Positions 51,434-61,842 of a DNA stretch of 64,000 nucleotides are shown piece after piece. The notes beneath the pieces are model-generated. The model searched no databases and was not told where the DNA came from. It saw only the letters and a program-made list of their open reading frames with translations. Numbering within the stretch: position 1 is the first letter of the stretch; the number at the start of each line of letters is the position of its first letter. The DNA lies in the NCBI GenBank assembly GCA_041653755.1, contig JBAZEU010000001.1, positions 65,398 to 129,397 on the forward strand, written 5' to 3'. This DNA comes from Minisyncoccota bacterium. Lineage in GTDB: Bacteria > Patescibacteriota > Minisyncoccia > UBA6257 > UBA9933. Position numbers and translations under genes: made by a program.

Positions 51434-53545
51434 ATGGCCCGTAGTTATCCTTTAGAAAAATATAGAAATATCGGAATCATTGCTCATATTGATGCCGGAA
51501 AAACAACCGTTTCGGAACGAGTTCTTTTCTATACCGGCATTTCTCATAAAATCGGAGAAGTTCACGAAGGAGCGGCAGTGATGGATTGGATGGAACAAGA
51601 ACAGGAAAGGGGAATCACGATTACTTCCGCTGCCACAACTTGTTTTTGGACTCCGACTTATCGCTCGGGCGATAAAAATTTCGAACATAGAATAAATCTT
51701 ATCGATACTCCGGGACACGTTGATTTTACAGTTGAAGTGGAAAGATCATTGAGAGTGCTCGATGGAGGAGTTGTGGTTTTTGACGGCGTTGCCGGTGTTG
51801 AACCGCAATCAGAAACAGTTTGGCGCCAAGCGGATAAATATAAAGTTCCGCGAGTTTGTTTTATAAATAAATTAGATAGAATGGGAGCTAGCTTTTGGGG
51901 TTCGCTAAAATCAATTCACGAACGCCTTACTTTAGACGCAGTGCCTATTAATATCCCAATCGGATTAGAATCAGCTTTTGAAGGAGTTATTGATTTAATT
52001 CGGATGAAAGCGTTTTCTTTCGAAGGCGAACACGGAGAAAAAGTTACCGAGAAAGAAATCCCAGACAATTTAAAAGATGAAGCTGAAAAGGCCAGACACA
52101 CTTTAATAGAAAAAGTTGCCGAACAAGACGACCAGATGCTTCATAAGTATCTAGAAGGGCATACGATGAGCGAAGAAGAAATAAGGGCTACTCTTCGAAC
52201 AGCAACTATTAACAATAAATTAGTGCCGGTTCTTTGCGGTTCAGCTTTAAAAAATAAAGGAGTGCAATTTATGCTTGATGCGGCTGTTGATTATCTTCCG
52301 TCCCCGATTGATTTAAAAGAATTGAAACCCATCAAAGGAGTTGATGTAAAAACCGGAGCGGAAATCATAAGGCAGCCGAGCGACGAAGAACCGTTAACCG
52401 CATTAGCTTTTAAAATCGCCACAGATCCATTTATCGGTAGCTTAACCTATTTCAGGATTTATTCTGGGAAATTAACTAAAAGCACTTATGTTTTGAACTC
52501 GACCAAAAATGAGCAGGAAAGAATTGGCCGTATTGTCAGGATGCACGCAAACAAGAGAGAAGAAGTTGAAGAAGCTTATGCCGGTGACTTAGGCGCGATT
52601 GTCGGGTTGAAAGATACCACCACTGGTGACACTCTTTGCGATCCGAATAATCCGATTATTTTGGAACAAATTACTTTCCCAGAACCGGTTATTTCATTGA
52701 GAATTGAACCGAAAACAAAAGTTGACCAGGAAAAGCTTGGAATGGCTATGAGGCGTTTGGCGCAAGAAGATCCGACTTTCAGAATCAAAGGCGATCCGGA
52801 AACGGGTGAAACAATTATTTCCGGGATGGGCGAACTTCATTTAGAAATTTTAGTTGATAGAATGAAACGAGAATTCGGTGTTGAAGCCAATATTGGACGG
52901 CCGCAAGTTGCTTATAAAGAAACTATTTTAGGGACAAGTGACGCAGAAGGAAAATATATTAAGCAATCAGGCGGACGTGGACAATACGGTCATGTCTGGC
53001 TTAAAATTGCGCCCCTTGAAAGAGGAAAAGGTTTCGTTTTTATTGATAAGATTAAAGGAGGCGCTATTCCTCAAGAATTTATTCCAGCTGTTGAAAAAGG
53101 CGTCAAAGAGGCAATAGACAAGGGAGTTGTTGCCGGTTATCCGATGACAGACGTTGAAGTTACTTTGTATGACGGATCTTTCCATGAAGTTGACTCTTCG
53201 GAAGTTGCTTTCAAAATTGCCGCATCTATGGCTTTCCAGGAAGCAGCCAGGAGAGCTAAGCCGATTATCCTTGAGCCGGTTATGAAAGTTCAGGTGTTAG
53301 CACCGATGAATTTCTTGGGCGACGTCACTGGCGATTTGAATTCAAAAAGAGGTAGAATAGAAGAAATAAACGATAGGGGAAACATAAAAGTTATTGATGC
53401 GAAAGTTGCTTTGTCTGAAATGTTCGGCTACGCGACAGCGTTGAGATCAATGACTCAGGGGAGAGGAAGTTCCACAATGGAGTTCAGCGATTACGAACAA
53501 GTTCCTCAAAATATAGCCCAAGCGATAGCAGAAGGAAGAAAATAA
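51434..53545 (+). CDS. fusA: Elongation factor G
   Basis: [30 protein letters not shown]. Confidence 0.99.
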   Translation: MARSYPLEKYRNIGIIAHIDAGKTTVSERVLFYTGISHKIGEVHEGAAVMDWMEQEQERGITITSAATTCFWTPTYRSGDKNFEHRINLIDTPGHVDFTVEVERSLRVLDGGVVVFDGVAGVEPQSETVWRQADKYKVPRVCFINKLDRMGASFWGSLKSIHERLTLDAVPINIPIGLESAFEGVIDLIRMKAFSFEGEHGEKVTEKEIPDNLKDEAEKARHTLIEKVAEQDDQMLHKYLEGHTMSEEEIRATLRTATINNKLVPVLCGSALKNKGVQFMLDAAVDYLPSPIDLKELKPIKGVDVKTGAEIIRQPSDEEPLTALAFKIATDPFIGSLTYFRIYSGKLTKSTYVLNSTKNEQERIGRIVRMHANKREEVEEAYAGDLGAIVGLKDTTTGDTLCDPNNPIILEQITFPEPVISLRIEPKTKVDQEKLGMAMRRLAQEDPTFRIKGDPETGETIISGMGELHLEILVDRMKREFGVEANIGRPQVAYKETILGTSDAEGKYIKQSGGRGQYGHVWLKIAPLERGKGFVFIDKIKGGAIPQEFIPAVEKGVKEAIDKGVVAGYPMTDVEVTLYDGSFHEVDSSEVAFKIAASMAFQEAARRAKPIILEPVMKVQVLAPMNFLGDVTGDLNSKRGRIEEINDRGNIKVIDAKVALSEMFGYATALRSMTQGRGSSTMEFSDYEQVPQNIAQAIAEGRK

Positions 53546-53567
53546 AGAGTTTTGTCTGAAAAATAAT

Positions 53568-53990
53568 ATGGCCACTCGACATTTAGTCCGTTCAGTTGTT
53601 CTCCAGTCACTTTATGAGTGGGATTTTTTCGACAAGAAAGAGGATTTTATAAAAACTTTGGAAAGAAATTTACAAGAATTTGCTCCGGGCATTGATGAGC
53701 CGGAGTTTGCTTGGCAAATTGCCAAAGGACTTGTAGAGCATTTAGCAAAAATCGACGAAATAATTGAAAAAGCCGCTCCGCAATGGCCGATTGACCAAAT
53801 TCCAAATATAGACAGAAATATTTTGCGTATAGGTCTTTATGAATTGCTTTATGCCAATAAAGAAGAAGTACCGCCAAAAGTAGCGATTAACGAAGCGATT
53901 GAATTGGCGAAAAATTATGGCGGCGAAAATTCATCCAAGTTTATCAACGGCGTTTTGGGTACGGTATATAAACAATTAGAAAGTAAATGA
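53568..53990 (+). CDS. nusB: Transcription antitermination factor NusB
   Basis: R...[29 protein letters not shown]. Confidence 0.95.
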   Translation: MATRHLVRSVVLQSLYEWDFFDKKEDFIKTLERNLQEFAPGIDEPEFAWQIAKGLVEHLAKIDEIIEKAAPQWPIDQIPNIDRNILRIGLYELLYANKEEVPPKVAINEAIELAKNYGGENSSKFINGVLGTVYKQLESK

Positions 53991-54030
53991 TTTCTAGAAG
54001 ATAAATAACTTCTAGAAAATAAACAATTTC

Positions 54031-54735
54031 GTGTCTACAGATTTATCAAAAGTTGAAAAAGTATTAGGCGTTGAGTTTGGGACAAAGTCCTTGCTTTACG
54101 AGGCCTTAACTCATCGTTCTTACTTAAACGAAAACCCTGGCTGGGAATATTCTCATAACGAAAGATTAGAATATCTTGGCGATGCGGTGCTCGAACTTAT
54201 CACCACTGAATTTTTATTTGCAAATTACAAAGATTATTCTGAAGGGCAATTGACTGCTATCAGAGCGGCTCTAGTCAACTATCAATTCTTGGCAAAAGTT
54301 GCTAAAGAAATGAACTTAGATGAATTTATTTTTGTTTCAAAAGGAGAAGCGCAGGATACCGGCAAAGCAAAAGAAGTAATTTTAGCCAATACTTTTGAGT
54401 CGGTTTTGGGAGCTATTTATCTTGATAAGGGCTATGATATATCAGCAAAATTCGTTAAGGAAAAAGTTTTGGTTTCTACTGCAGAAATTATAGAGAAAGG
54501 CCTTTATCGTGATCCAAAAAGTTTGTTGCAGGAAATTATTCAGGATAGATTAAGGGTTACGCCGACTTATAATGTCTTATCTGAATCGGGCCCGGACCAC
54601 CAGAAAGTTTTTAAAGTCGGAGTTTACTTCAACGAAGATTTGATTACCGAAGGCGAAGGGTTATCAAAGCAAGAAGCGGAGATTAAAGCCGCCGAGAAAG
54701 CGTTAGAAAAGATTGTGGCGGACAATAGTGCTTAA
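54031..54735 (+). CDS. rnc: Ribonuclease III
   Basis: ALTHRS, NERLEYLGDAVL, dsRBD with GPDH. Confidence 0.97.
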   Translation: MSTDLSKVEKVLGVEFGTKSLLYEALTHRSYLNENPGWEYSHNERLEYLGDAVLELITTEFLFANYKDYSEGQLTAIRAALVNYQFLAKVAKEMNLDEFIFVSKGEAQDTGKAKEVILANTFESVLGAIYLDKGYDISAKFVKEKVLVSTAEIIEKGLYRDPKSLLQEIIQDRLRVTPTYNVLSESGPDHQKVFKVGVYFNEDLITEGEGLSKQEAEIKAAEKALEKIVADNSA

Positions 54736-54776
54736 ACCTTGCAATATTTCAATCTTTCAATTAAGATAGACCAATT

Positions 54777-55175
54777 ATGTTAGCAATTAAATTACAAAGA
54801 ATCGGCAAAAAGAAACAGGGAAGTTTTAGAGTGGTGGTTTCTGAAAAGAGATCAAAAATGTCCAGTTCTATAGAGGACTTGGGTTTTTTTAATCCTTACA
54901 GCGATAAATTAAGCATTAGCAAAGAAAAAGTATCTTATTGGATGAAAGAAGGCGCGCAACCTACGGATAGCGTTTTTAATCTTCTGATAACAGCGGGGAT
55001 TATAGAAGGAAAGAAAAAAGCTGTTCACGCTAAATCTAAGAAACAAGCTGAAGAAGTAAAAGCTCAACCAGCACAGCAACCAGCAGAACAAATCGCAGAA
55101 ACCCCGGCAGAAGAAAAACCAGCCCCCGCCTCCGATGAATCTTCGGCGGGCAAGGAGGAAAAAGTTCAAAGCTAA
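54777..55175 (+). CDS. rpsP: 30S ribosomal protein S16 with acidic tail
   Basis: MLAIKLQRIGKK, LGFFNP, GAQPTDSV. Confidence 0.93.
   Translation: MLAIKLQRIGKKKQGSFRVVVSEKRSKMSSSIEDLGFFNPYSDKLSISKEKVSYWMKEGAQPTDSVFNLLITAGIIEGKKKAVHAKSKKQAEEVKAQPAQQPAEQIAETPAEEKPAPASDESSAGKEEKVQS
55125..55154. repeat. 30-nt in-frame hairpin insert in rpsP tail (PASDESSAGK)
   Basis: CCCGCCTCCGATGAATCTTCGGCGGGCAAG. Confidence 0.8.
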
Positions 55176-55230
55176 GAACAGTTATAATTAGAAAGGTCGA
55201 GTTAATTTAAAGATTATCAGATTGAATATA

Positions 55231-55521
55231 ATGAATCAGGAACTTGATAGAGAATTTCTGGATTATATGGTAAAGGCGTTAGTCAACCATCCAGAAGATG
55301 TGAAAGTTGAAAGACAAGTTGATGAAATGGGAGTGCTTTTGACTTTGAAAGTGAATCCTTTGGATATGGGCCAGATTATCGGCCGCCAGGGTTCAACTGC
55401 TCAAGCAATCAGATCTTTATTGAAGATCGTTGGCGTAAAAAATCACGCCCGAGTCAATTTAAAGATTATTGAGCCAGAGGGAAGAGCTCCAAGAGAAGAA
55501 AGACCAAGCGCGAGTTTTTAA
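55231..55521 (+). CDS. khpA: KH-domain RNA-binding protein
   Basis: DMGQIIGRQG; follows rpsP. Confidence 0.9.
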   Translation: MNQELDREFLDYMVKALVNHPEDVKVERQVDEMGVLLTLKVNPLDMGQIIGRQGSTAQAIRSLLKIVGVKNHARVNLKIIEPEGRAPREERPSASF

Positions 55522-55544
55522 ACTATATTTTAAACTCAAAGAAT

Positions 55545-55572
55545 CTAAAATCCGCCAATTGGCGGATTTTAG
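55545..55572. terminator. Perfect 28-bp palindrome, likely terminator
   Basis: CTAAAATCCGCCAATTGGCGGATTTTAG. Confidence 0.7.
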
Positions 55573-55579
55573 TTATGTA

Positions 55580-55608
55580 TTGACATTTTTGTATTTATAT
55601 GCTATATT
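55580..55608 (+). promoter_or_regulatory. Sigma70 promoter of orphan cassette
   Basis: TTGACA-17 nt-TATATT with extended TG. Confidence 0.7.
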
Positions 55609-55676
55609 TTATTAAGCGTAGAATCACGACGATTCTATGAACTTAAAAAAGCAATACAACCGAAACGGAGGAGAAA

Positions 55677-55856
55677 ATGATGGATGTTGATGATTATCTG
55701 GGGCTTTCAGCGTTTACTTGCGTAGGGATTATCGTGATTTTTGAAGGAATAACTGACAAAAGCATCGATCCGCTCAAACGAGTTGGCTTAGTTGCTCTTG
55801 GGATTGCTATCGTAATTGCAGCAATTTTGATCGGTGAATTCTGGTTGAGCAAATGA
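55677..55856 (+). CDS. 59-aa two-TM microprotein (not in ORF track)
   Basis: MMDVDDYLGLSAFTCVGIIVIF...LVALGIAIVIAAILIGEFWLSK; GGAGGAG SD. Confidence 0.7.
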   Translation: MMDVDDYLGLSAFTCVGIIVIFEGITDKSIDPLKRVGLVALGIAIVIAAILIGEFWLSK

Positions 55857-55923
55857 AAAGTAGCTAGTAGTAAAAAGAGATCAGGTTCCCGATTCTTGTA
55901 GACAACAAAAGACGGAGGGGAAA

Positions 55924-56361
55924 ATGAGTAATATGGCTTGTGGTTCGATTGTAGGTTTTTCTCTATTGCTTTGTGTTTTAGGGATCATTCTTTTTCTAAG
56001 TGTGATCAATAAAATACTTAGCTCACGATCAGGAAATTTCATGGGATTTTATAAAGTGTTAGCAACAGTGGCTGTATTAATGATACTTGGACCTTTTGGA
56101 GCAAGTGTATTCCTTGGTTTCCACAATCGTGCCGCTGCTTCGAGCCAAAGCCAGTCGTTTTCTGCTCAGACTGTATCTGGATACGGACAAGCCAGGGAAC
56201 ATGTTAGTACTTGGCAAGCGACTATTTCGGACGCCGGGGAAATGAGAGCAAAATTTTATATCTCCAGCGAGATTAAACCGAAAACGCTTACGATCATTTT
56301 CACGGACAAACATGACCAGCCTCTGACAGAAAAGAAATACACCCTAACCGAAATAAAGTAG
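55924..56361 (+). CDS. Hypothetical membrane protein
   Basis: Two N-terminal TMs; GGAGGGG SD. Confidence 0.7.
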   Translation: MSNMACGSIVGFSLLLCVLGIILFLSVINKILSSRSGNFMGFYKVLATVAVLMILGPFGASVFLGFHNRAAASSQSQSFSAQTVSGYGQAREHVSTWQATISDAGEMRAKFYISSEIKPKTLTIIFTDKHDQPLTEKKYTLTEIK

Positions 56362-56378
56362 GGTAGATAAGAATAATC

Positions 56379-56417
56379 AATATGCCTGACTGGTTTCCTA
56401 GTCAGGCATATTTTTTT
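56379..56417 (+). terminator. Intrinsic terminator
   Basis: AATATGCCTGACT...AGTCAGGCATATT-TTTTT. Confidence 0.8.
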
Positions 56418-56466
56418 ACAGATGGATTAAATCGCCAACAAGGCGATTTTTTGTTAGAATAATTTA

Positions 56467-57147
56467 ATGCGTTTCGACATAATCACAATTTTCCCAGAAA
56501 TCTTTAATTCTTACCTAAAAGAATCGATTTTGAAGCGTGCGCAGAAAAATAAATTAATTGAAATTAAAATTCATAATCTTAGGGATTTTTCGCAAGGTAA
56601 ACACAAAAGAGTTGATGATAAAGCGTATGGCGGGGGACCGGGGATGGTACTCAAAATTGAGCCGATAGTAAAAGCAATAAACTCAATTTTTAGAATTAAG
56701 AATGCAGAATTAAGAATTAAGAAAAAAACAAAGATAATTCTATTTTCCGCGGCCGGTAAACAATTTGATAATAAAATAGCCTCGGATTTGGCTAAAAAAT
56801 ACGATCGTCTTGTTTTAATTTGTGGTCGTTATGAAGGAGTAGATGAACGTATAAAAAAAGCGATCCATGATTTAGGATTTAAGATTCAAGAAATATCCGT
56901 AGGGCCGTATGTTTTAACTGGCGGAGAACTTCCGGCAATGACATTAATTGATTCGGTTTCTCGGCAGATTCCGGGTGTTTTGGGGAAGAATGAATCTCTT
57001 GAAGAAAGAAGATATGGCGTTGGCGTGCCTGTTTATACTCGGCCGGAAACTGTAAAAATCAAAAGTAAAAAATACAAAGTGCCGGAAATTTTGCTATCAG
57101 GTAATCATAAGAAAATAGAGGAGTGGCGTAGGAGAAATAAGCAGTAG
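56467..57147 (+). CDS. trmD: tRNA (guanine37-N1)-methyltransferase
   Basis: VDD..YGGGPGMV, CGRYEGVDER, YVLTGGEL, YTRP. Confidence 0.97.
   Translation: MRFDIITIFPEIFNSYLKESILKRAQKNKLIEIKIHNLRDFSQGKHKRVDDKAYGGGPGMVLKIEPIVKAINSIFRIKNAELRIKKKTKIILFSAAGKQFDNKIASDLAKKYDRLVLICGRYEGVDERIKKAIHDLGFKIQEISVGPYVLTGGELPAMTLIDSVSRQIPGVLGKNESLEERRYGVGVPVYTRPETVKIKSKKYKVPEILLSGNHKKIEEWRRRNKQ
56694..56719. repeat. Heptamer repeat in frame in trmD (RIKNAELRIK)
   Basis: Identical 26-mer to 23799-23824. Confidence 0.8.
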
Positions 57148-57187
57148 CTTTGACAATAACGCTTTTATCCTGCTATACTTTTGACTT

Positions 57188-57919
57188 ATGACAGAAATAG
57201 CGCAAATTGAGGAGTCGTTAAAAGAGAAAATTCCAGAAAAAAAGGATTTAATCATTTTGGAGGAAATGCTTCAGAACGCATTGATGTACGGCCATAAAAG
57301 AACGAGGACTAACCCAAGATTTAAGTCCTTTGTTTTTGCGAACCGTAATAATGTAGAAATAATCGATTTAACGCTGACATTAAAAAAGATAGAAGAAGCG
57401 GTTGAGTTTTTGAAAACCAAAATAAAAGAAAAAGCGATTGTTTTAGTCGTAGCGCTTCAGCCAGCGGCCAGAGAAGCGGTTGAAAATATCACGAAAGAAT
57501 TTGATTTTTGCTATATCAACTCTCGATGGATTGGCGGTCTTCTGACGAATTTTTCTATTTTATCGAAAAGAATAGAGTACCTTAAAAAGCTTCAAGCGGA
57601 TTTAGCGAAAGGAGAATTTGATAAATATACCAAAAAGGAAAGATTGATGATTACTCGGCAAATCACCAAAATGAAAGGATTATTTGATGGTTTAGAAAAT
57701 TTGAACAGAAAGCCGGATGCGATGATTGTCATTGACCCATCGCTTAAAGGCCATCAAACGGCAATCAGAGAAGCCAAGCAAATTGGTATTCCAGTAGTTG
57801 CTATTCTTGATAGCGACGACAATCCAGAACAAATTAATTATCCGATTCCAGCAAACGATCATGCCAAAATCAGCATTGATTGGTTGGTCAATAAAATAAT
57901 CGAAAAAGTAAAAGCTTAA
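57188..57919 (+). CDS. rpsB: 30S ribosomal protein S2
   Basis: YGHK...[27 protein letters not shown]. Confidence 0.95.
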   Translation: MTEIAQIEESLKEKIPEKKDLIILEEMLQNALMYGHKRTRTNPRFKSFVFANRNNVEIIDLTLTLKKIEEAVEFLKTKIKEKAIVLVVALQPAAREAVENITKEFDFCYINSRWIGGLLTNFSILSKRIEYLKKLQADLAKGEFDKYTKKERLMITRQITKMKGLFDGLENLNRKPDAMIVIDPSLKGHQTAIREAKQIGIPVVAILDSDDNPEQINYPIPANDHAKISIDWLVNKIIEKVKA

Positions 57920-57921
57920 AA

Positions 57922-58362
57922 ATGTTAAACGACATTCAAAAACTTAGAGAAGAAACTGGTGCCGGAGTAATGGAATGCAAGAAAGCGTTGGAAGAAGCGA
58001 AAGGCGATTTAGAAAAAGCCAAAAAAGTTCTTTACGAAAGCGGATTGGCAAAAGCTAATAGCAAATCAGGAAGAAATACCGGGGCCGGACTTTTAGAAAC
58101 TTATATTCATAATCAGAGAGTTGGAGTATTACTTGAAGTTCGTTGTGAAACTGATTTTGTGGCAAAGAATGAAGTTTTCAAAGAATTGGCTCATATCGTT
58201 GCTATGCAGATTGCGGCTATGAACCCGGAAAATGTTGAAGCATTGTTAAAACAGCCATCTATCAAAAACGAAAAAGAAACGATAGAAGATCTCGTCAAGC
58301 AATATATCGCTAAAATAGGGGAGAACATTCGCGTCGAGCGCTTCTGCCGATACGAACTCTAA
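57922..58362 (+). CDS. tsf: Elongation factor Ts, short form
   Basis: [34 protein letters not shown]. Confidence 0.93.
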   Translation: MLNDIQKLREETGAGVMECKKALEEAKGDLEKAKKVLYESGLAKANSKSGRNTGAGLLETYIHNQRVGVLLEVRCETDFVAKNEVFKELAHIVAMQIAAMNPENVEALLKQPSIKNEKETIEDLVKQYIAKIGENIRVERFCRYEL

Positions 58363-58372
58363 TTTCTTTCGT

Positions 58373-58822
58373 ATGTACAACTTTATCTTACAAATCTGTC
58401 TAATGGTTGGGTTTGGTGGTATTGTGTATTTAATAGCGAGAGGCGTTCCAAGAATAGACGATACCCTTAGAGAAGAACCGAAAAACAAAATTGATCATAA
58501 GATTGATCATTGGTTTTCTAAAATACCGATTGAGAAATTTGATGTTGCTCTAAGTAACTTTTTGGAAAAATTCTTGAGACGGCTCCGAATCGGTTTGTTA
58601 AGAATGGATAATTTTTTGGTTAAGCATCTTAATAAGGTGAAAACTGTTAATCAGGAGAATAACAAAAAACCGGATTTAATTTCAGCGCTTGTTGCAGAAA
58701 AGACCGAAGAAATTGTAGAAACAAAGATTGATATAATTGGAGACCAAAGCAAACCATCGACGGAAATAAATCAGCAGCCAGAAACACCGGAACAATTAGA
58801 AAACAAAGAGGAGAATATTTAA
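58373..58822 (+). CDS. Hypothetical membrane-anchored protein
   Basis: N-terminal TM then ARGVPR; EKFLRRLR. Confidence 0.75.
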   Translation: MYNFILQICLMVGFGGIVYLIARGVPRIDDTLREEPKNKIDHKIDHWFSKIPIEKFDVALSNFLEKFLRRLRIGLLRMDNFLVKHLNKVKTVNQENNKKPDLISALVAEKTEEIVETKIDIIGDQSKPSTEINQQPETPEQLENKEENI

Positions 58823-58824
58823 AA

Positions 58825-58906
58825 GCTGGGGTACCGAAGTGGTCAAACGGGGCTGACTGTAAATCAGCTGGCACTGCCTTCGTAGGTTCGAATCCTACCC
58901 CCAGCA
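58825..58906 (+). tRNA. tRNA-Tyr (GTA)
   Basis: GCTGGGG/CCCCAGC acceptor, GCTGA-CTGTAAA-TCAGC, long variable arm, GGTTCGAATCC. Confidence 0.97.
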
Positions 58907-60448
58907 CAGAATAGGAATCAAGAACGCTGGACACACGTTTTGGCCTTTCGCAGAGCCGAATTCCGAAGGTTCTAACCGTTCCATTTCACGATTAACCACT
59001 CCGATGCCTTTTTCAATCAAGAGAAACGGTTTTTCCACGTCAATAGTGAGTTTTTTGTCTTTCAGGAAAAGGTTCGAGCCAAGCTCTTGAAGAGTGGTTC
59101 TTTTGTTTTCAGGAGAGCCGTTTTGAAAGTCTTTTGGCCCCTGGTTGGCAAAAATCAGAGTCTTCTCAGTCAGTTCCGCAGCTTTTCTTAAGGGATTGTT
59201 ATCAGTCTTCAGATTTTGTTCCAGCCGTATCTTTTCTTCAAGGAGACGTTTTTTTTCATTCACATATTCCGTATCGTCAATTAAATCCTTAATTCGCATC
59301 TGATTAAGGTTACGAAGCCGCATTAAACAGTCTCCGAGAGTTTTTTCCAATGACTTCCGGATATTGAAATGTTCTTCGGTTTTTTCCTCTTTTTTCAGAT
59401 GGTCAAGAGCCGGGTCAAGGAATTTTTCCACCAGGTAGATTCTGTTGAGGTATTCTGAAATTTGCGCTTCCAGATCGTTAAGGCTCAAACATTTTTGACT
59501 ACAACCAGCGTTTCTTTTCTTTTTTGTGCAGTGATAATAGGTGTAATGATAACCGTACCGGTTGCATTTTTCTTCGGCCGTTACCATGCAGCCGCATTCT
59601 CCGCACCGGATTAAACCGGTAAAAGCAAACTGGTGCTTTTTAGGCCTTGACCGGCCTTTTCTGCCCAAGATCTCCTGGGCTTTCCAGTATTCGTCTTCTG
59701 TAATCATGGGTTCGTGTTTGCCCTGAAACACACCTTCCCTTCTTTCAATTAGTCCGTAATAGAAGGAATTGCCGAACATTTTGTAAAGATTGCTTGAAGC
59801 CAAAGGCTTACCGCCGGTTTTATTGTAGATTCTTGTTCTGAAACCCCATTCGTCGCTGGCTGCATCAAGAATTTTGTAAGGCGATACACCCTTAAGAAGC
59901 ATATCCCACATTTTACGAACAAGATGGAATCGTTCCGGGTCAGAAACGATGGTTCTTTCTTTGGGTTCGTTTAGGTATCCCAAAGGCGGAAGTCCCGGAA
60001 ACCAGCCTTTTTCCAGTTTGGCCCTATTGCCTCTTTTGATGTTGTCGCTTAAATCATCAACGTATTTTTTGGCCATGCCGAATTCCAGTTGCATCAGGAA
60101 CTTATCGTTGCTGTTGTTGAGGAAAGTATTGGTTGGAGTGATTATTTCGGAAATATTTCCTTGGTCCAAGGCCCAGACCAAAGATGAACCGTCAATGGGA
60201 TTTCTGGCTAATCTATCGAGTTTCCAGACGATGATTCCTTTAACCTGCTTGCCATAGATTTTTTTCATCATGGCGTTAAAAACAGGCCTTCCCGGTGATT
60301 TGGCAGAACGCGACTCTGTCATAATTTCAGAGACATTCAACTTCAACCTATCGGCTAATTCTTTCAGTTCGTTCATCTGGGACTCGATGGAAAGGATTTG
60401 TCTTTCTTCGGACTCGGATGATTTTCGGCAGTAGATGACGTAGGACAT
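58895..60448 (-). CDS. Large serine recombinase (integrase)
   Basis: YCRKSS catalytic motif, E..SAK, WKLDRLARN, recombinase domain, CGECG..YYHC zinc ribbon, coiled coil. Confidence 0.93.
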   Translation of the reverse strand: MSYVIYCRKSSESEERQILSIESQMNELKELADRLKLNVSEIMTESRSAKSPGRPVFNAMMKKIYGKQVKGIIVWKLDRLARNPIDGSSLVWALDQGNISEIITPTNTFLNNSNDKFLMQLEFGMAKKYVDDLSDNIKRGNRAKLEKGWFPGLPPLGYLNEPKERTIVSDPERFHLVRKMWDMLLKGVSPYKILDAASDEWGFRTRIYNKTGGKPLASSNLYKMFGNSFYYGLIERREGVFQGKHEPMITEDEYWKAQEILGRKGRSRPKKHQFAFTGLIRCGECGCMVTAEEKCNRYGYHYTYYHCTKKKRNAGCSQKCLSLNDLEAQISEYLNRIYLVEKFLDPALDHLKKEEKTEEHFNIRKSLEKTLGDCLMRLRNLNQMRIKDLIDDTEYVNEKKRLLEEKIRLEQNLKTDNNPLRKAAELTEKTLIFANQGPKDFQNGSPENKRTTLQELGSNLFLKDKKLTIDVEKPFLLIEKGIGVVNREMERLEPSEFGSAKGQNVCPAFLIPILCWG

Positions 60449-60476
60449 GAATTGAACAAATTAATGATCCCTAATC

Positions 60477-60689
60477 CTACATATTTTTAGGATTTTGGTC
60501 AACTGTCGGGAATAATGGCGTATCGGATTCCGGATTTCGACCTTTTTCCGAATCCGGATAAAGAATAACGCGTAAAATATTGACCACTCTTAAAAACTTC
60601 TTGTAGGCCTCTTCTTTTGAAATTTCCTCTCCGAATTCTTCAAAATAATTCTTCCGGAATTCTTCAATTGTTTCGTCGGACGGTTTCAT
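60477..60689 (-). CDS. Small helical protein upstream of recombinase
   Basis: MKPSDETIEEFRKNYFEEFGEEISKEEA; co-oriented, 28 nt before recombinase ATG. Confidence 0.7.
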   Translation of the reverse strand: MKPSDETIEEFRKNYFEEFGEEISKEEAYKKFLRVVNILRVILYPDSEKGRNPESDTPLFPTVDQNPKNM

Positions 60690-60709
60690 GGTTATTACCT
60701 TAAGCGTAA

Positions 60710-61663
60710 AGGAAGACGGGGAAAATCAAAGACGGAAAAATATGGCTCAAGGAAGGAAACATTAAGGGATTTATCGCTTCAGTCGCCAGGCCCAGAGATC
60801 TTAAGGTAATCACTACCGAGGAAAGGGTAGGCGTTGATCTTTTCGTAAACGGAAGATTGCGCGAAAAGGATATTCTGAAATATATACCCACAGCCAGGGT
60901 GGTTGAGAATTACCTGTACGGTCAAATTCATTTTGACGAATTGGACGATGGAATAGACAGGTTTACCAGTAACAGAGAAGGCGTCGTTGCCGACGATCCT
61001 AAACATAGGGAGCTGTTGGATAAGCTGAGAAAAAAGGTGATGACGGTCATTCTTGAAGATTGGGATAAGTGGAGGATAAAACACCGGGAAGAAGGGGATT
61101 CGGAGAACGAAACGGTATCCCGAAAGGAAAGAAAATCCTTGGAACTGTACGATGCCGTTTCGGAGGAATACGCGCTTTCTGGCGACTCGGAAAACAAGAA
61201 GAAAGTCAACGACTGGGCTTACGGACTGCGCGATGATGCGAAATACAATTTCACTTCGTATGCGGACTGTTTCATTTCCGAAAATTTAATCAGAAAATAT
61301 ATCCAAGAGAACAATATTCCGTTGTCTTCTGAAGCGGTAAAAGAAGTGGAAGATCGGAGACGTATTGAAGTTCAACAAAAGGGCAAAGGTAACATAAGCA
61401 TAGACATAAGAAAGGCAAATAACGATTTGGGTTATTTGTCTATGGATTATCTCGCAAACTTAGTTGACAAAAAAGACCCCAATAAAGAGGCTTGCCTTTC
61501 AAGGGATGCAAAAGAATATAAGCCGGTTAGAGACGCTCTCATGCATACGGCCCTTTTGGCCGATGTGGCCAAACAGAAATTAAACAGCGTTTACCTAAAT
61601 ATAAAAGGACGAATAAAGACGCTGTTGGCCGCTAATGATAAAAACGGTGGCCTTAAAAAATAA
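60710..61663 (+). pseudogene. 5'-truncated remnant, probably the C-terminal half of a GHKL/MutL-like ATPase
   Basis: Frame is open from 60710 with no ATG at its 5' end; IKGFIASV...GVDLFVNGRL...YLYGQIHFD.LD....FTSNREG. Confidence 0.55.
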
Positions 61664-61842
61664 ACTATCAAAAGTAGACGAAAATCATTCCACATTCATC
61701 TGCGATTTTTATTAGGGCTTTGATAAGGTTTCGTAACCTCCGCTAAAAACCGAATAGCACCTCTCCTAAAGTCCCGCCTTAATCCCAATAGTTATTAACA
61801 CCCCCCTTGTTTTTCCTACCAGATATTCTAGAATTAAATTAA

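Larger units (their letters stand above)
58895..61663. mobile_element. Integrative island (probably degenerate) at tRNA-Tyr; right end undefined
   Basis: Recombinase abutting tRNA 3' end, small partner ORF, truncated cargo gene. Confidence 0.6.
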
